Shown: positions 47,950-57,828 of the stretch, in pieces
How positions within the stretch are numbered: the stretch's first letter is position 1
Layout: each line of letters opens with the position of its first letter
Source: Candidatus Binatia bacterium
GTDB lineage: Bacteria > Desulfobacterota > Binatia > UBA12015
Assembly: GCA_029243485.1 (NCBI GenBank)
Contig: JAQWRY010000011.1
Span: 77,228-141,227 of the forward strand
DNA length: 64,000 nucleotides
Reading direction: 5' to 3'
Translations under genes and position numbers: made by a program
The notes under the pieces: generated by a model
What the model saw: only the letters and a program-made list of their open reading frames with translations
What the model was told of the DNA's origin: nothing
The model's database searches: none

Positions 47950-48354
47950 TCAGCCCGGCGCGCGCTCGAATGCCCCGATCCCCTCCGGGACGTGATGAAA
48001 CGACTGCTTGTCGACCAAATAGATCGCCATCTGCGGGCTGAACACGGACGGGTCGTCGAGTACGCCGACCTTGATGAGCTTCGCGCCTGGCAGAGACGGA
48101 GTCTCGGTCAGAAGATGCGTGCCGCAGTCCGCACAGAACCTGCGCGTCACCGGGTTGTCGAGATCGCTTCGTCGAAACTCTTTGGGCGCGCCCTTCGAGT
48201 ACGAGAAGCCCGTCTCCGGCATCGCGATCACGACGTTCGGATGTCCGCCCGAGATGTACTGGCACTCACGGCAGTGGCACTGCCCCTGAAACATCGCGTC
48301 GCCTTCCGCGCGAAACCGCACGGCACCGCAGTAACATCCGCCTTCCAGATTCAT
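47950..48354 (-). CDS. GFA-family (CENP-V/glutathione-dependent formaldehyde-activating enzyme) zinc protein
   Basis: GGCYCGAVRF...CHCRECQ...CADCGTHL cysteine pattern. Confidence 0.8.
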   Translation of the reverse strand: MNLEGGCYCGAVRFRAEGDAMFQGQCHCRECQYISGGHPNVVIAMPETGFSYSKGAPKEFRRSDLDNPVTRRFCADCGTHLLTETPSLPGAKLIKVGVLDDPSVFSPQMAIYLVDKQSFHHVPEGIGAFERAPG

Positions 48355-48399
48355 GGGAGTCCTCCAAGTTGTGGTTCGGGCTGTGCGTTGAGTCTCTTC

Positions 48400-48855
48400 T
48401 CAGCGCTTCTTCGGCGCGGGGACGAGCAGTACGGGAACCGTACTAATGCGAATGATGTCGTTCGCCGACGAGCCGATCAGGAACTCGTCGACCCGACGCC
48501 GCCCGACCTTGCCGAGCACGATGAGATCGGCTTTGCGCCGACCCGCGAGGCGGATCACTTCTTCGTCGACCTCGCCGGTCTTCACGGTACGACGAACCTC
48601 GACCGCGGTCTTGCCGACGAACTTCTGGAGCTTCTCCGTTGCCACGTCCACGGCTTCTGACCGCATCTGCTTCACGGTCTCCTGCCCTTGCTTCATCCAG
48701 GGCAGTGTCGCTTGGAACGCGTCTTCGATGACGTAGATCACCTCAAGTGTTGCGTCGTGCTGCTCGGCAACTCCGAGGGCCTGCTGGAGAGCCGCCTTGG
48801 AGGTCTTGGAGAAGTCCACCGCTACTACGATTCGCTGATAACTGACCTTGGACAC
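48400..48855 (-). CDS. universal stress protein (UspA family)
   Basis: RIVVAVDFS..., ADLIVLG..., G-x2-G-x9-G-S ATP-binding motif (LIGSSANDIIRISTVPVLLV). Confidence 0.85.
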   Translation of the reverse strand: MSKVSYQRIVVAVDFSKTSKAALQQALGVAEQHDATLEVIYVIEDAFQATLPWMKQGQETVKQMRSEAVDVATEKLQKFVGKTAVEVRRTVKTGEVDEEVIRLAGRRKADLIVLGKVGRRRVDEFLIGSSANDIIRISTVPVLLVPAPKKR

Positions 48856-49168
48856 ACCGGCGCTATATCACCCACCACAGCCGGCGACGAGAGCCCCTCC
48901 GCCGTCTGCGGCCTTCTACCCGTCGCCACCCCCGACGCCGACGCGGCCGGGAATGCACTGCTCAAATCCGGCGGGAAGACTCTCACGGTCGTAGGCGACA
49001 ACGCGGCCAACGACATCGACGTTCGAGTTCCGTATGAATGGGGGCGGCGACGATGACCTCCGGCTCGCCGTGAACGGCTCCACGCCGTACCTCTGGGCCA
49101 CGATCCACGGCGGCGGCACCGACATCTGTCAGAGCACCGCGAACGTTTCGAAAACGGCCTGCCCGTAG
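48856..49168 (+). pseudogene. frameshifted C-terminal fragment of an unknown (secreted?) protein
   Basis: Protein-like translation in two frames joined at the GGGGGCGGCG run (...TLTVVGDNAANDIDVRVPYEWG / GDDDLRLAVNGSTPYLWATIHGGGTDICQSTANVSKTACP*). No start. Followed by a terminator. Confidence 0.3.
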
Positions 49169-49199
49169 GTCACGACGCGCGTCCCCATCCGGACAGAGA

Positions 49200-49234
49200 G
49201 GCCCGTGGATCCCCGGATCCACGGGCCTTTTGCT
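49200..49234 (+). terminator. intrinsic terminator (12-bp stem GGCCCGTGGATCC/GGATCCACGGGCC plus TTTT)
   Basis: Read directly. The T-run is followed 10 nt later by the GGAGGAGGAGG SD of the SDR gene. Confidence 0.6.
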
Positions 49235-49260
49235 ATGGGTCGGAGGAGGAGGCGTCCAGC

Positions 49261-50007
49261 TTGGAAATCGAAGACAAGGTAGCGATCGTCACGGGAGCCG
49301 CACGCGGCATCGGACGGGCGACCGCCGTCGCGCTGGCCGCGGCCGGCGCGCGCGCCGTCGTCCTGGCAGACGTGAAACAGGACCTCTCCGCGGAGACTGC
49401 CGAACTCGTGCGCGCCCAGGGTGCCGAGCCCCTCGCTCTCGAGACCGACGTCTCGGACCTCAGCTCCCTGCGTCACACAGTCGCCGAGACCGAAGCGCGA
49501 TTCGGCGGCCTTCACATCCTCCATAACAACGCCGGGATCGGCGAGGGAGCCACCGACTGGCCCGACGTCGCAGACGAGCGCGCCGCGGCAATCGTGGACG
49601 TGAACCTGCGCGGGGTAATCCTGGGTACGCGTCTCGCGCTCGACCCGATGAAACGCAGTGGCGGCGGCGCAATCGTGAACACGGCTTCAGGTGCGGCCTT
49701 CACCGCACTTCCTCCGCAAGCCGTCTACGCCGCGACGAAAGCCGGCGTCGTGCACTTCACGCGGTCCTGCGTCGCGCTCGCCGACAGCCACGGCGTGCGC
49801 GTCAGCTGCGTGTGCCCCGGGCTCGTCACGACCGAAATGGTGCAAGAGAGCGGCCCCGACGGCCCGCACCCTTGGCTTCAGTCCGTGATCGACGCGGTTC
49901 AGATGCTCCGGCCCGAAGACATCGCGGCAAAGGTTCTCGAACTCGTCTGCGATCCGAAGAGCGCTGGCGAGATCGTGAACGTCAGCAACGAACCCAAACA
50001 GGCCTGA
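49261..50007 (+). CDS. SDR-family oxidoreductase
   Basis: VTGAARGIGRATA, NNAG, YAATK. TTG start with strong SD. Confidence 0.8.
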   Translation: MEIEDKVAIVTGAARGIGRATAVALAAAGARAVVLADVKQDLSAETAELVRAQGAEPLALETDVSDLSSLRHTVAETEARFGGLHILHNNAGIGEGATDWPDVADERAAAIVDVNLRGVILGTRLALDPMKRSGGGAIVNTASGAAFTALPPQAVYAATKAGVVHFTRSCVALADSHGVRVSCVCPGLVTTEMVQESGPDGPHPWLQSVIDAVQMLRPEDIAAKVLELVCDPKSAGEIVNVSNEPKQA

Positions 50008-50016
50008 GCGCGCCGC

Positions 50017-50439
50017 TCAGGGGGCGACGGCTTCGGGACAGAGATCGACGGCAGCGAGAAACAACTCCGCCGATCCGGGCCGACGCTCACCGAGCAGCGT
50101 CACGCGCTGCTCGGGCGTCGCGTGGAGGATTCGCGATAGAAGCTCCCGCATCCCCTGCACCACGACCCGCGTGGGCTCCTTCGTCGCCGGTCGGGACGCG
50201 GCGCCGACCGTGATGAATACCTGACGATCGCCCACGACGAACGGCAAGGCACGACCGTTCACGCTCAGCTCGATCACATCCTTCGCTTCGGCGTCCTTCG
50301 CCGGCCGGACATAGCCTTGCAGACGGACGAGCTCACGCACAGCGGTGCGCTGGACCTCGTGCGCCGCAGACACTCCAACGGAACCGAGGACGACCAACAG
50401 CCCGAGCGCGAAACGCCCGAGGATCTCAGTGATGCCCAT
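50017..50439 (-). CDS. small secreted hypothetical protein
   Basis: Signal peptide MGITEILGRFALGLLVVLGSVGVSAAHE. Start overlaps the HEAT-protein stop. Confidence 0.4.
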   Translation of the reverse strand: MGITEILGRFALGLLVVLGSVGVSAAHEVQRTAVRELVRLQGYVRPAKDAEAKDVIELSVNGRALPFVVGDRQVFITVGAASRPATKEPTRVVVQGMRELLSRILHATPEQRVTLLGERRPGSAELFLAAVDLCPEAVAP

Positions 50440-51728
50440 CGGGGAACCCATGTTCGAGCAACTCCTGTACCTTTGGATCCGAGTGCTTTTCGCGAAGGCG
50501 CTTCAAGGTTGGATCATCGGCCGGACGGCGCAGCGCCATGAGGAGCGCAACCGCGTGTCGCTGGCCTTCGGGAGCCGCCTCGAAGGCCAGACGCCCGAGG
50601 CTCTCGGCCGCCACGTCGCCGCCCTGCTCGAATACCACCCGGCCCGCGGCCTGCCGCACGGCGAGCTCACCGTCCTCGACGAACGAGGTCTCGATCACCT
50701 TCAGAGCTTCTTCGTCCTCTAGCGTCCCGAGCGCCTCCAGAGCGGCGATTCGGACAGTTGGGTCGTCCTCACCGGCGAGAAACCGGCCCAACGCTGGAAC
50801 CGCGTCCTTGGGCGCCGTGTTGACGTACCCCCGTGCCGCAACGGCACGGACCGCCGGCTTCCCATCGCGGAGCCGGCGTTCGATGTCGGCGGTTCGCGGC
50901 GGGACACCGAGAGTCGTCTGCGCCTGCCACGACGCCTCGAGAACTTCCGGCGCATCGATCTTCAACGTCACGAGCGTGGGGCCCAAAGATGTGAGCCCGG
51001 CGTCTCCGATTGCCGCGATCAGTGCGGCGCGCACACGCGGCGGGAGATCGCCTCGCTGGACGGCCTTCTCCAAGCGCGCTCGTTCGATCGGCTGCAGGTC
51101 GCCGTCGAGACCCTGAATCTCGGTGAGGCCCGCGGCACCCTCCTCGACGAGCGCCCAGTGATCCCCGGACACCGCATCGAAGACCCACGCGCGCCGGGCA
51201 TCCGCTCTTTCCCCGGCCGTCACCGCCGGATTCCGGCTCCAGTCGGCCAGACGGCCCACCAACGCCGCGGCCGCTCGGACCGAGGTCTGGTCGGCGTCCG
51301 CAATCACGCCGGAGGCCCCCCCGCTTGCCTGCCAGCGACGCGCCCAACCGAGGGTCTCGTCGAGGTACGAGCCGCGCTTCATCCGGCTCAAGAAGACGAC
51401 CGCGTAGTCCCCGGCATTGAGTAGACCGGGGGCCGACGGGCGATCGCGCATCTCGACGATCTCCAGCGCCCCGCCACCCGCCCCGAGGCGCTCCTCGCCC
51501 TTCAGAATCCGATCGAGCGTGAGGTAAATCACCCGCACGCGATCGTGATCGAAGGGCTGCACGCGCGAGACGTGCCCCACGGCAACCACCGGCGACGACG
51601 CCAGTCTCCCGGCGAGACGCGGGGCCGTCGTGGCGCCCGCAGAGCCGGCCTCGCCGGCCTGTGCGACGAGCGCCGCACAGGCCAATGCGAGTCCGACCGC
51701 GAGTCGGATCCAGAGGTGTTCCTTCACC
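50426..51728 (-). CDS. secreted HEAT/PBS-lyase-type repeat protein
   Basis: GTG 51728 gives KEHLWIRLAVGLALACAALVAQA signal peptide. Repeated ...VR.AAA.ALG.LGD..A...L helix-pair motifs (PTVRIAALEALGTLEDEEA, LAVRQAAGRVVFEQG). Overlaps the giant gene's stop by 17 nt. Confidence 0.55.
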
Positions 51729-51743
51729 CGAAAAGTTCGAATC

Positions 51744-54700
51744 CTACGGAGTGACCATGATGCCGGGCGCCGTCCAACCACCGCCGTCGCCATCGACGAA
51801 GAGCGGGTTGGAGTACGCCAGGGCCGGAACTCCCTCTTCACCAAGATTGCCATCGAGCAGGTCTAGCAGGGTCACGTTCGATCCGACATTCAGATCGAAG
51901 GGCACGACCGGGAACAGAGGGCGAGAGACGCCGTCCGTACCTCGGACGATCGCAACGACCCAAACGTCACCGGTGAGTCCAGCGAGGCTCAACGTCGTCG
52001 TGGCTTCGAGGCGCGACGCGCCCGGGATCGAGCCGTCGACCACCACCGTGGAGATCGCGAAATCCGTTCCGGCGGTATGGATGAAGTCCGGGGCCACTCC
52101 GTAGGCCGCGACGTCGACCGGGTCGACCAATGCGTCACCCGAGTTCACCTGCGTAACCGTGCGCGTCGTCACCGGGTTCACGTAGAACTCGATGGTGTCG
52201 AACTCGGCCCAGATCGGGCTCTGCACGGCAACCGTAATGTCGACCGCCCCGTCGGTGGTCTCGATCTCGAGCGGGAGTCCCAACTCGAGGCCACCCATCT
52301 CGCCGGTCGAAGTCGCGGAACTCGTCACGCGCATCATCGGCGTGTTCGTGCCGATTGCCCGACCGTCGTTGATGTTGCCCGACAGCGTCTCGGCAATCGC
52401 GGAGAGTGCCGCCGGATCGTCCGTCGGCGAGGCGATGAAGGTACGGGGGATGGCCGCCAGGGTCCGCACGACGCGGTGCGTGTCCGAATCGGCGATGGCC
52501 GTCTTGACGATGCCCTGGTTGATCATGTTGAACCAGTCACCCAGGTTGCGGCCGTAGAAGTTACCGAAGATCTGACCGCGACCCGACTCGATCAGGACCT
52601 CGAGCGCGTCGAAGGTATCGGTAAAGTAGTTCGTGATCGTCGGATCGAGGCGCCGCACCGTGCCCGGCACGTTGCTCTGCGGCGGTTCCATGCCGGTGTC
52701 GATCGCGAGGCCCGAGCCACCGAGCGAAAAGTAGCTGTAGATGTGGTTGACCTGGACCGTATCGACGCCCGGATCGGCGTGTGCCGCCGCGACGATCTCG
52801 GCCGGCGTGAGGTTGTAGTTGCCGTACTCCGGGAAGTGCATCCCCGCCGGAGCAGCCCCACCGTGATCGATGCCGCCACCGTTGGGCTGCGACGGATCCC
52901 GCGTGAGCGGCCACGCGTTGAAGTGGCCGTAGTCAAACGTGGTGATCTCCGAGCCCGGCGCGGTGCCGATCAGAGACGACGCACCCAGCGCCGCGATGTC
53001 CGCGCTGAAGTCCTGCACGGACTCGTGGTCGGTCGGAACGAAGAAGTCGGCGCCCTCGGCCAACATCGAGACGATGCGGTCTTCGCGCGGGACCTTGGAA
53101 TCCGGGCTGTCGATCGAGTGGACGTGGAAGTCGCCGGAGACGAAGCCCGTCGTGTCGATGACGTTCGCGATCTGCAGCGCCACCGACGTCGTGGCGCCCC
53201 CCGTGATCGTCACGTCGGCCGAGCCGATCGAATACTCGGTTCCGTGCGAAACGTAGACCCGGTAGTCGCCAGGCTCCACCGTCAGCGGACCGGACAGCCC
53301 GGTCTGATCGACGAAGTGTACGACCGCGACGCCGTGAGGATACGTCGTATCCTGGCCCGGATCGCGGAAGATGCCGGTGACGTTGTTCACCTGGCCGAGA
53401 ATGTTCTGGGTGTTGAGCGGGTCCTTGGAAGAATCGAACCCGACCACTGTCACGCGGGCTGCGATCGGGCTGCTCGTCTCGTCGGTGATCGTGACGTCGA
53501 GCGTCCCCCCAGCGGGGATCGCGACGTTCTGCGAGACCGTCGCATAGGCAACGACGAGGACCGCGTGCTCCATCGGCGCGGGGCCACCGCCCTCGTAGGG
53601 ATGCCCTTCGTACTCTGCGGCGACCGCGTAGCTGCCGGGAGCCACGGCCATCGAGTACTGCCCGGTGGCATCACTGATGGTGTGATTTACGACGTTCTTG
53701 TCCAAGGCACCGAGGGCGGGGCCTTCGGCGACGCTGCCGAGAGCGACGATCTTCACGCCGGCCGTCGGAACTCCAGCGACGGTCGCCGTCCCGGAGATCG
53801 TGCCGCTCGGGAGGAACTGGATCTCGTTTCGTGCCTCGAGGATCGACGACACCGTGCCGTCACCCACGACGAAGTGCTGGTTCAATGTCACCGCATCGCC
53901 CGGGCTGCCCGAAGCGGCAAGGGAATAGTTGGGACCAATCGCACCGATGAGCGCGAGAATCGTCTCCCCGCCGAGAAGCGGCACGGCGACACCGGCGGTC
54001 GCGAAGCTCGACGACCCCGGGATGTTGTGGACGTATCCGTACGAAACGCCGTCGCCGCCCCCGAAGCCGCGGAAGGCCATCAGGTTGCACGGGTTCGGGG
54101 CCGACGCCGGGCAAGACGAGCCGACGAGCGGCTCACCGAGCCCATAGCCCGGCTGGAACGTCTCGATCTCGCCGGACGGCGCGATGTACGCCCCCAGGAA
54201 CAGATCGAGCCCCGTGCCGCCGGTGTTCGTGATGGTCGTGTCGACCCGGACGTAGTTCTCGCCGGGCTGTAGGACATAGTCCGTGACGATTTCGACGGGA
54301 AGATCCGTATCGTCCGCCGCTGAAGGGAACGGGAATCCGAAGTCATTCACGGTCGAACTCGGGTTGGCGAACGTCAGCAAGTCGTCCACACCCGTGGCAC
54401 GGAGCACCGCGGCCTGGCCGTCGCTGCCATCGTTGATGATCGTGAGATCGGTGTAATGCGCGCCGTTCTCGAAGTTCAGACTCGTCGTGAGTTCCTCGAA
54501 CTGGTCGCGGTCCGGATCGAGCCCGGTGCGCACCAGGTCGGCATCGATGATATTGCCGCCGTACTCGCCGACGGCGAGCAAGTTGCGTCCGGGGGCCTGG
54601 ACGACGACCCGGATCTTTCCGTTCGACAGGATGTAGTCGCCCACCAGGCAGCGAGAGAGCGGTCCTTCGATACAGTCCGCCGGATCCGAGATCAGCGCGA

Positions 54701-55490
54701 GGGCCGCGTCTTCGCCGCCGTTCAAGTTGCCGTACTCGGCGATGATCAGCGCGTCAGCACCCTGCTCATGCAAGCCGATCGCGCAGGCCGCGAGACTCGC
54801 CGACGCCGTCACGCCCTCACACGCACCGCCCCAATCCAGACCTAAGACCTGACCCGGAGTGCACGACGCCTGGGTCCTCTGATCCGACTTCATGCGAGTC
54901 AAGTTGAGTTGCCCTTCGGTCTCGTCTTCGCAGTCCGTCGCGGAGGGTAGATTGCGCTTCGCGATGTCGTCCTTGCAGCGACGAAGCAGGTCTTGCCGCC
55001 GGAAAGCGACCTTCTCGGCCTCCTTCGCCGTGTTGAGCTGGCATTTTCGCTGCCCGGACTGGGGTACCATACCCGTGGTCGCGAACACCGTGTCGATCAA
55101 CTCCAGAGCGCGATCCTGATGGCTGTCCGTGAGGCAGGTCGTCAGGTCCGCGAGAGTGCTCGCCCCAAGGCAGTCACCTCCGAAACCGAGCGAGGCGACC
55201 AGCGGGTCGTCGCAACGATTCGCGAGCTTTTCCGAGAGCTTCTGGGCCGACTTCGCGATGGTCGCAGCCGCCTTGGGCTCCAGAGTGCAGTCCGTCCCAG
55301 CCCCGAGGCGCCCCTTCGAGATCTTCGTCTCGCATTTTCGCAGCGCCTTGGTGACATTCTTGAAGAACGTCCTTCCCTGACGGCCGACCTCAGCCTGACA
55401 ACGCCGCTGGTCATACGTCAGGTCAATGGCCCAAGAGGTGGAGGCGAAGAGAAGGAGGGATAGGAAGGTGGCCGAGAAACGCAGCAGCAT
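51744..55490 (-). CDS. 1248-aa secreted multidomain protein: Cys-pair helical module, carboxypeptidase-regulatory-like beta domain, PHP/DUF3604-like metallophosphoesterase domain
   Basis: Internal ATG 55490 of ORF 51744..55952: MLLRFSATFLSLLLFASTSWA signal peptide. Six C-x20-C pairs in the first 230 aa. GTISGTATVAGVPTAGVKIVALG...DATGQYSMAVAPGSY. GDFHVHSIDSPDS...FFVPTDHESV...TTFDYGHFNAW...ADSDTH (PHP motifs). Confidence 0.7.
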   Translation of the reverse strand: MLLRFSATFLSLLLFASTSWAIDLTYDQRRCQAEVGRQGRTFFKNVTKALRKCETKISKGRLGAGTDCTLEPKAAATIAKSAQKLSEKLANRCDDPLVASLGFGGDCLGASTLADLTTCLTDSHQDRALELIDTVFATTGMVPQSGQRKCQLNTAKEAEKVAFRRQDLLRRCKDDIAKRNLPSATDCEDETEGQLNLTRMKSDQRTQASCTPGQVLGLDWGGACEGVTASASLAACAIGLHEQGADALIIAEYGNLNGGEDAALALISDPADCIEGPLSRCLVGDYILSNGKIRVVVQAPGRNLLAVGEYGGNIIDADLVRTGLDPDRDQFEELTTSLNFENGAHYTDLTIINDGSDGQAAVLRATGVDDLLTFANPSSTVNDFGFPFPSAADDTDLPVEIVTDYVLQPGENYVRVDTTITNTGGTGLDLFLGAYIAPSGEIETFQPGYGLGEPLVGSSCPASAPNPCNLMAFRGFGGGDGVSYGYVHNIPGSSSFATAGVAVPLLGGETILALIGAIGPNYSLAASGSPGDAVTLNQHFVVGDGTVSSILEARNEIQFLPSGTISGTATVAGVPTAGVKIVALGSVAEGPALGALDKNVVNHTISDATGQYSMAVAPGSYAVAAEYEGHPYEGGGPAPMEHAVLVVAYATVSQNVAIPAGGTLDVTITDETSSPIAARVTVVGFDSSKDPLNTQNILGQVNNVTGIFRDPGQDTTYPHGVAVVHFVDQTGLSGPLTVEPGDYRVYVSHGTEYSIGSADVTITGGATTSVALQIANVIDTTGFVSGDFHVHSIDSPDSKVPREDRIVSMLAEGADFFVPTDHESVQDFSADIAALGASSLIGTAPGSEITTFDYGHFNAWPLTRDPSQPNGGGIDHGGAAPAGMHFPEYGNYNLTPAEIVAAAHADPGVDTVQVNHIYSYFSLGGSGLAIDTGMEPPQSNVPGTVRRLDPTITNYFTDTFDALEVLIESGRGQIFGNFYGRNLGDWFNMINQGIVKTAIADSDTHRVVRTLAAIPRTFIASPTDDPAALSAIAETLSGNINDGRAIGTNTPMMRVTSSATSTGEMGGLELGLPLEIETTDGAVDITVAVQSPIWAEFDTIEFYVNPVTTRTVTQVNSGDALVDPVDVAAYGVAPDFIHTAGTDFAISTVVVDGSIPGASRLEATTTLSLAGLTGDVWVVAIVRGTDGVSRPLFPVVPFDLNVGSNVTLLDLLDGNLGEEGVPALAYSNPLFVDGDGGGWTAPGIMVTP

Positions 55491-55930
55491 GAGGTCCCTT
55501 TCGTGATCGACCGGTAGGTCGGTCGAGGTGTGGCGACGGCTGTATGGAATGCTGGGACCACAATCCAGCGCCAGGACACGACCTGTCAAGCCACTTCCCG
55601 AGGCGCCTCGTGTCCCGCGAGGGGGGCTAGGAGGCTCTAGCACATCCCATATGGCCTCTGCGGGGCTCAGTGTCACGCCGAAAAGCCGATTCACCCCATG
55701 TGGAGCCCTCCCTCGAAGCCGTCCCGGCCCCGCCGGGCAACTCGGCCGTGGAGTCGCTCGTGTTGTCCATCGCCGTGGCCCGCGCCGCCCCTTCGCCCTC
55801 GGCCCCGGGATACGATCCGAATGGATTCTGGCTGCTGGCCTCGTGGAGAGCCGCGACGGCCAAAGCCCTCCCGAAGGAGCTGCACTCCGCACCAGCCGAC
55901 CAGGCCTGCACGTGCGGGCTCCTGCAGGAC

Positions 55931-56377
55931 ATGGCGATTCCGGTGCTCGCACACGGGGAGGGCGAGAAGTACGCCGCCTGGGTCACCCGCAAAACCGGCT
56001 TCGGGCTGTGGCCCACCGAGTGGCCCCTCGTCGGCCAATTCCTGTTCGCCCTCATCCTGGTTTTCACCGGCGCGAACTCTTACGTGCAACACTCGAACAT
56101 TCGCATGGACACGTTTCCCTACCGTTACGTCTTCGCGACGCCCGAGCTGCACCGACTTCACCATTCAAAGCGGGAGTCTAAGCTCGGCGCCAACTTCGGC
56201 GACGTGTTGATCATGCGGGACCTCGTGTTCGGAACCCGCCTCGAGCCCCGTCCCGGAGATGCGGTCTACGACGTCATCGGATTGCCCGAGATCGACGTTC
56301 CCCAGACGTACGCGAGCCACTTGCGACTTCCCTTCGACTGGAATCGCCTTCACGCCGAAGCGGCCCGCTCTCGATGA
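55931..56377 (+). pseudogene. C-terminal fragment of a fatty-acid hydroxylase/sterol desaturase-family protein (only the last His box)
   Basis: ...YRYVFATPELHRLHHSKRESKLGANFGDVLIMRDLVFGT (H-x2-H-H box plus N-F-G...D-x-x-F-G-T tail). His boxes 1-2 and the TM core are absent; the upstream 87 codons of the ORF look non-coding. Stop overlaps the sulfatase-like ATG (ATGA). Confidence 0.4.
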
Positions 56378-57828
56378 GCCTCAACGTTCGCTTTTTTCTG
56401 ACGTGCCTGTTTGCGCTCGCCATCGGCTGCACGAGTCCGAGCACGGACGAACCCCCGAGACGCTCCGCAGCCGTGGCCACCACCCGACCAAACGTGCTCC
56501 TCTATCTGATCGACACTCTTCGGAGCGATCGCATCGGGGCGTACGGCTACAAGTACCCGACCACGCCCGCGCTCGATGCACTCTCCGCCGAGAGCTTCGT
56601 CTTCGAGCAGGCTTACGCACCAGGGCCGTGGACACTCCCGTCCGTGGTCTCCCTCATGCTGTCGCAGCCCATGTGTCGACACGGGGTCGTGATCGACGGC
56701 AAGAAGATCGACGCCGAGTCGACGCCGCTCGCCGAGATCCTGAACGACGCGGGCTACGCGACGGCCAGCTTCATCGCGAACTCCTACGCCGGACGGCCCG
56801 CCGGTCTCGAGCGCGGCTTCGAGGTCTACCACGGGCCGATCGACGACCCTGCCCCGCTGGTCGGAGCGTTTCTCGACGAGATCCCCGACCAACCGTTCTT
56901 CGTCTACGTCCACGACGTGCGCCCGCACGACCCCTACGACGTTACCGCCAAAGCGTTGGCACCCTTCGGCCCCATCGACCCGACCGTGCTCAAGCGCATG
57001 AAGAACCGGGCGCTGCGGTATCGACGGCTGACCCGGACCGACCACTCCGCCGGAACCAAGATCGGCTCCACGGACAACACGACCGAACAGACCGAGGCGC
57101 TCGCCCGACTCGACGCCCTCGCCGAGCCCTACGGGCGCGCCTATGATGCGCGCATACGCGAAGCGGACGACCAACTCGCCGCGACACTGAGTGAACTCCG
57201 GCGTCGCGGAAAACTCGAGAATACTCTCGTCCTCGTCGTGTCGGACCACGGCGAGGAACTCGGCGAACACGGGGGCTGGCTCCACGACCATTCGGTGTAC
57301 GACGAAGTCGTACGCGCTCCGCTCGTCTTGCGCCTACCCACCGCAGAGCCCGCCGGACACCGCATCGAGACGCCCGTCAGCCTCCTCGATGTCGCACCCA
57401 CGATCGCCGAACTGACCGGGAGCGCCACCCCGCCGGACGCCTTCGAAGGCAAGAGCCTCGTCCCTCTGCTGACAACGACCCCCTCGACATCCAACGAAGC
57501 CTTCGTCGCGTCGATGCGGATGAACGCGAAGAAATACTACCGCCCGTGGAAGCAACATCGCGGCGATCAAAACCTCGTCGTGCGCGAAGGCCGGTGGAAG
57601 GCAATCTGGAACGTCGAGCCCGACACCCTGGAACTCTACGACCTCGCTCAGGACCCCGGCGAGAAGAACGACCGGAGCGCCGCCGAACCCGAGCGCACCA
57701 TACGCCTGAAGTCATTCGCCCGCAGCTACCTCGAGAAGTGTGAATCGCGCCGAGCGGCTCCGACGGCGGCGGAACCGCTGTCGGCCGAGAACGCCGAGCG
57801 CCTGCGCGCCCTGGGCTACGTCGACTGA
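56374..57828 (+). CDS. sulfatase-fold (alkaline-phosphatase superfamily) lipoprotein lacking the C/S-x-P-x-R formylglycine motif
   Basis: Lipobox LFALAIGCTSP. PNVLLYLIDTLRSDRIGAYG metal-binding N-motif. At the position of C-x-P-S-R the sequence is W-T-L-P-S-V (Thr for Cys, Val for Arg). Confidence 0.75.
   Translation: MSLNVRFFLTCLFALAIGCTSPSTDEPPRRSAAVATTRPNVLLYLIDTLRSDRIGAYGYKYPTTPALDALSAESFVFEQAYAPGPWTLPSVVSLMLSQPMCRHGVVIDGKKIDAESTPLAEILNDAGYATASFIANSYAGRPAGLERGFEVYHGPIDDPAPLVGAFLDEIPDQPFFVYVHDVRPHDPYDVTAKALAPFGPIDPTVLKRMKNRALRYRRLTRTDHSAGTKIGSTDNTTEQTEALARLDALAEPYGRAYDARIREADDQLAATLSELRRRGKLENTLVLVVSDHGEELGEHGGWLHDHSVYDEVVRAPLVLRLPTAEPAGHRIETPVSLLDVAPTIAELTGSATPPDAFEGKSLVPLLTTTPSTSNEAFVASMRMNAKKYYRPWKQHRGDQNLVVREGRWKAIWNVEPDTLELYDLAQDPGEKNDRSAAEPERTIRLKSFARSYLEKCESRRAAPTAAEPLSAENAERLRALGYVD

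Noticed and set aside
51735-51755. tRNA-like T-arm motif GTTCGAATCC
   Set aside because: No acceptor stem, anticodon arm or cloverleaf is foldable around it. It lies in the giant-protein/HEAT junction coding sequence.
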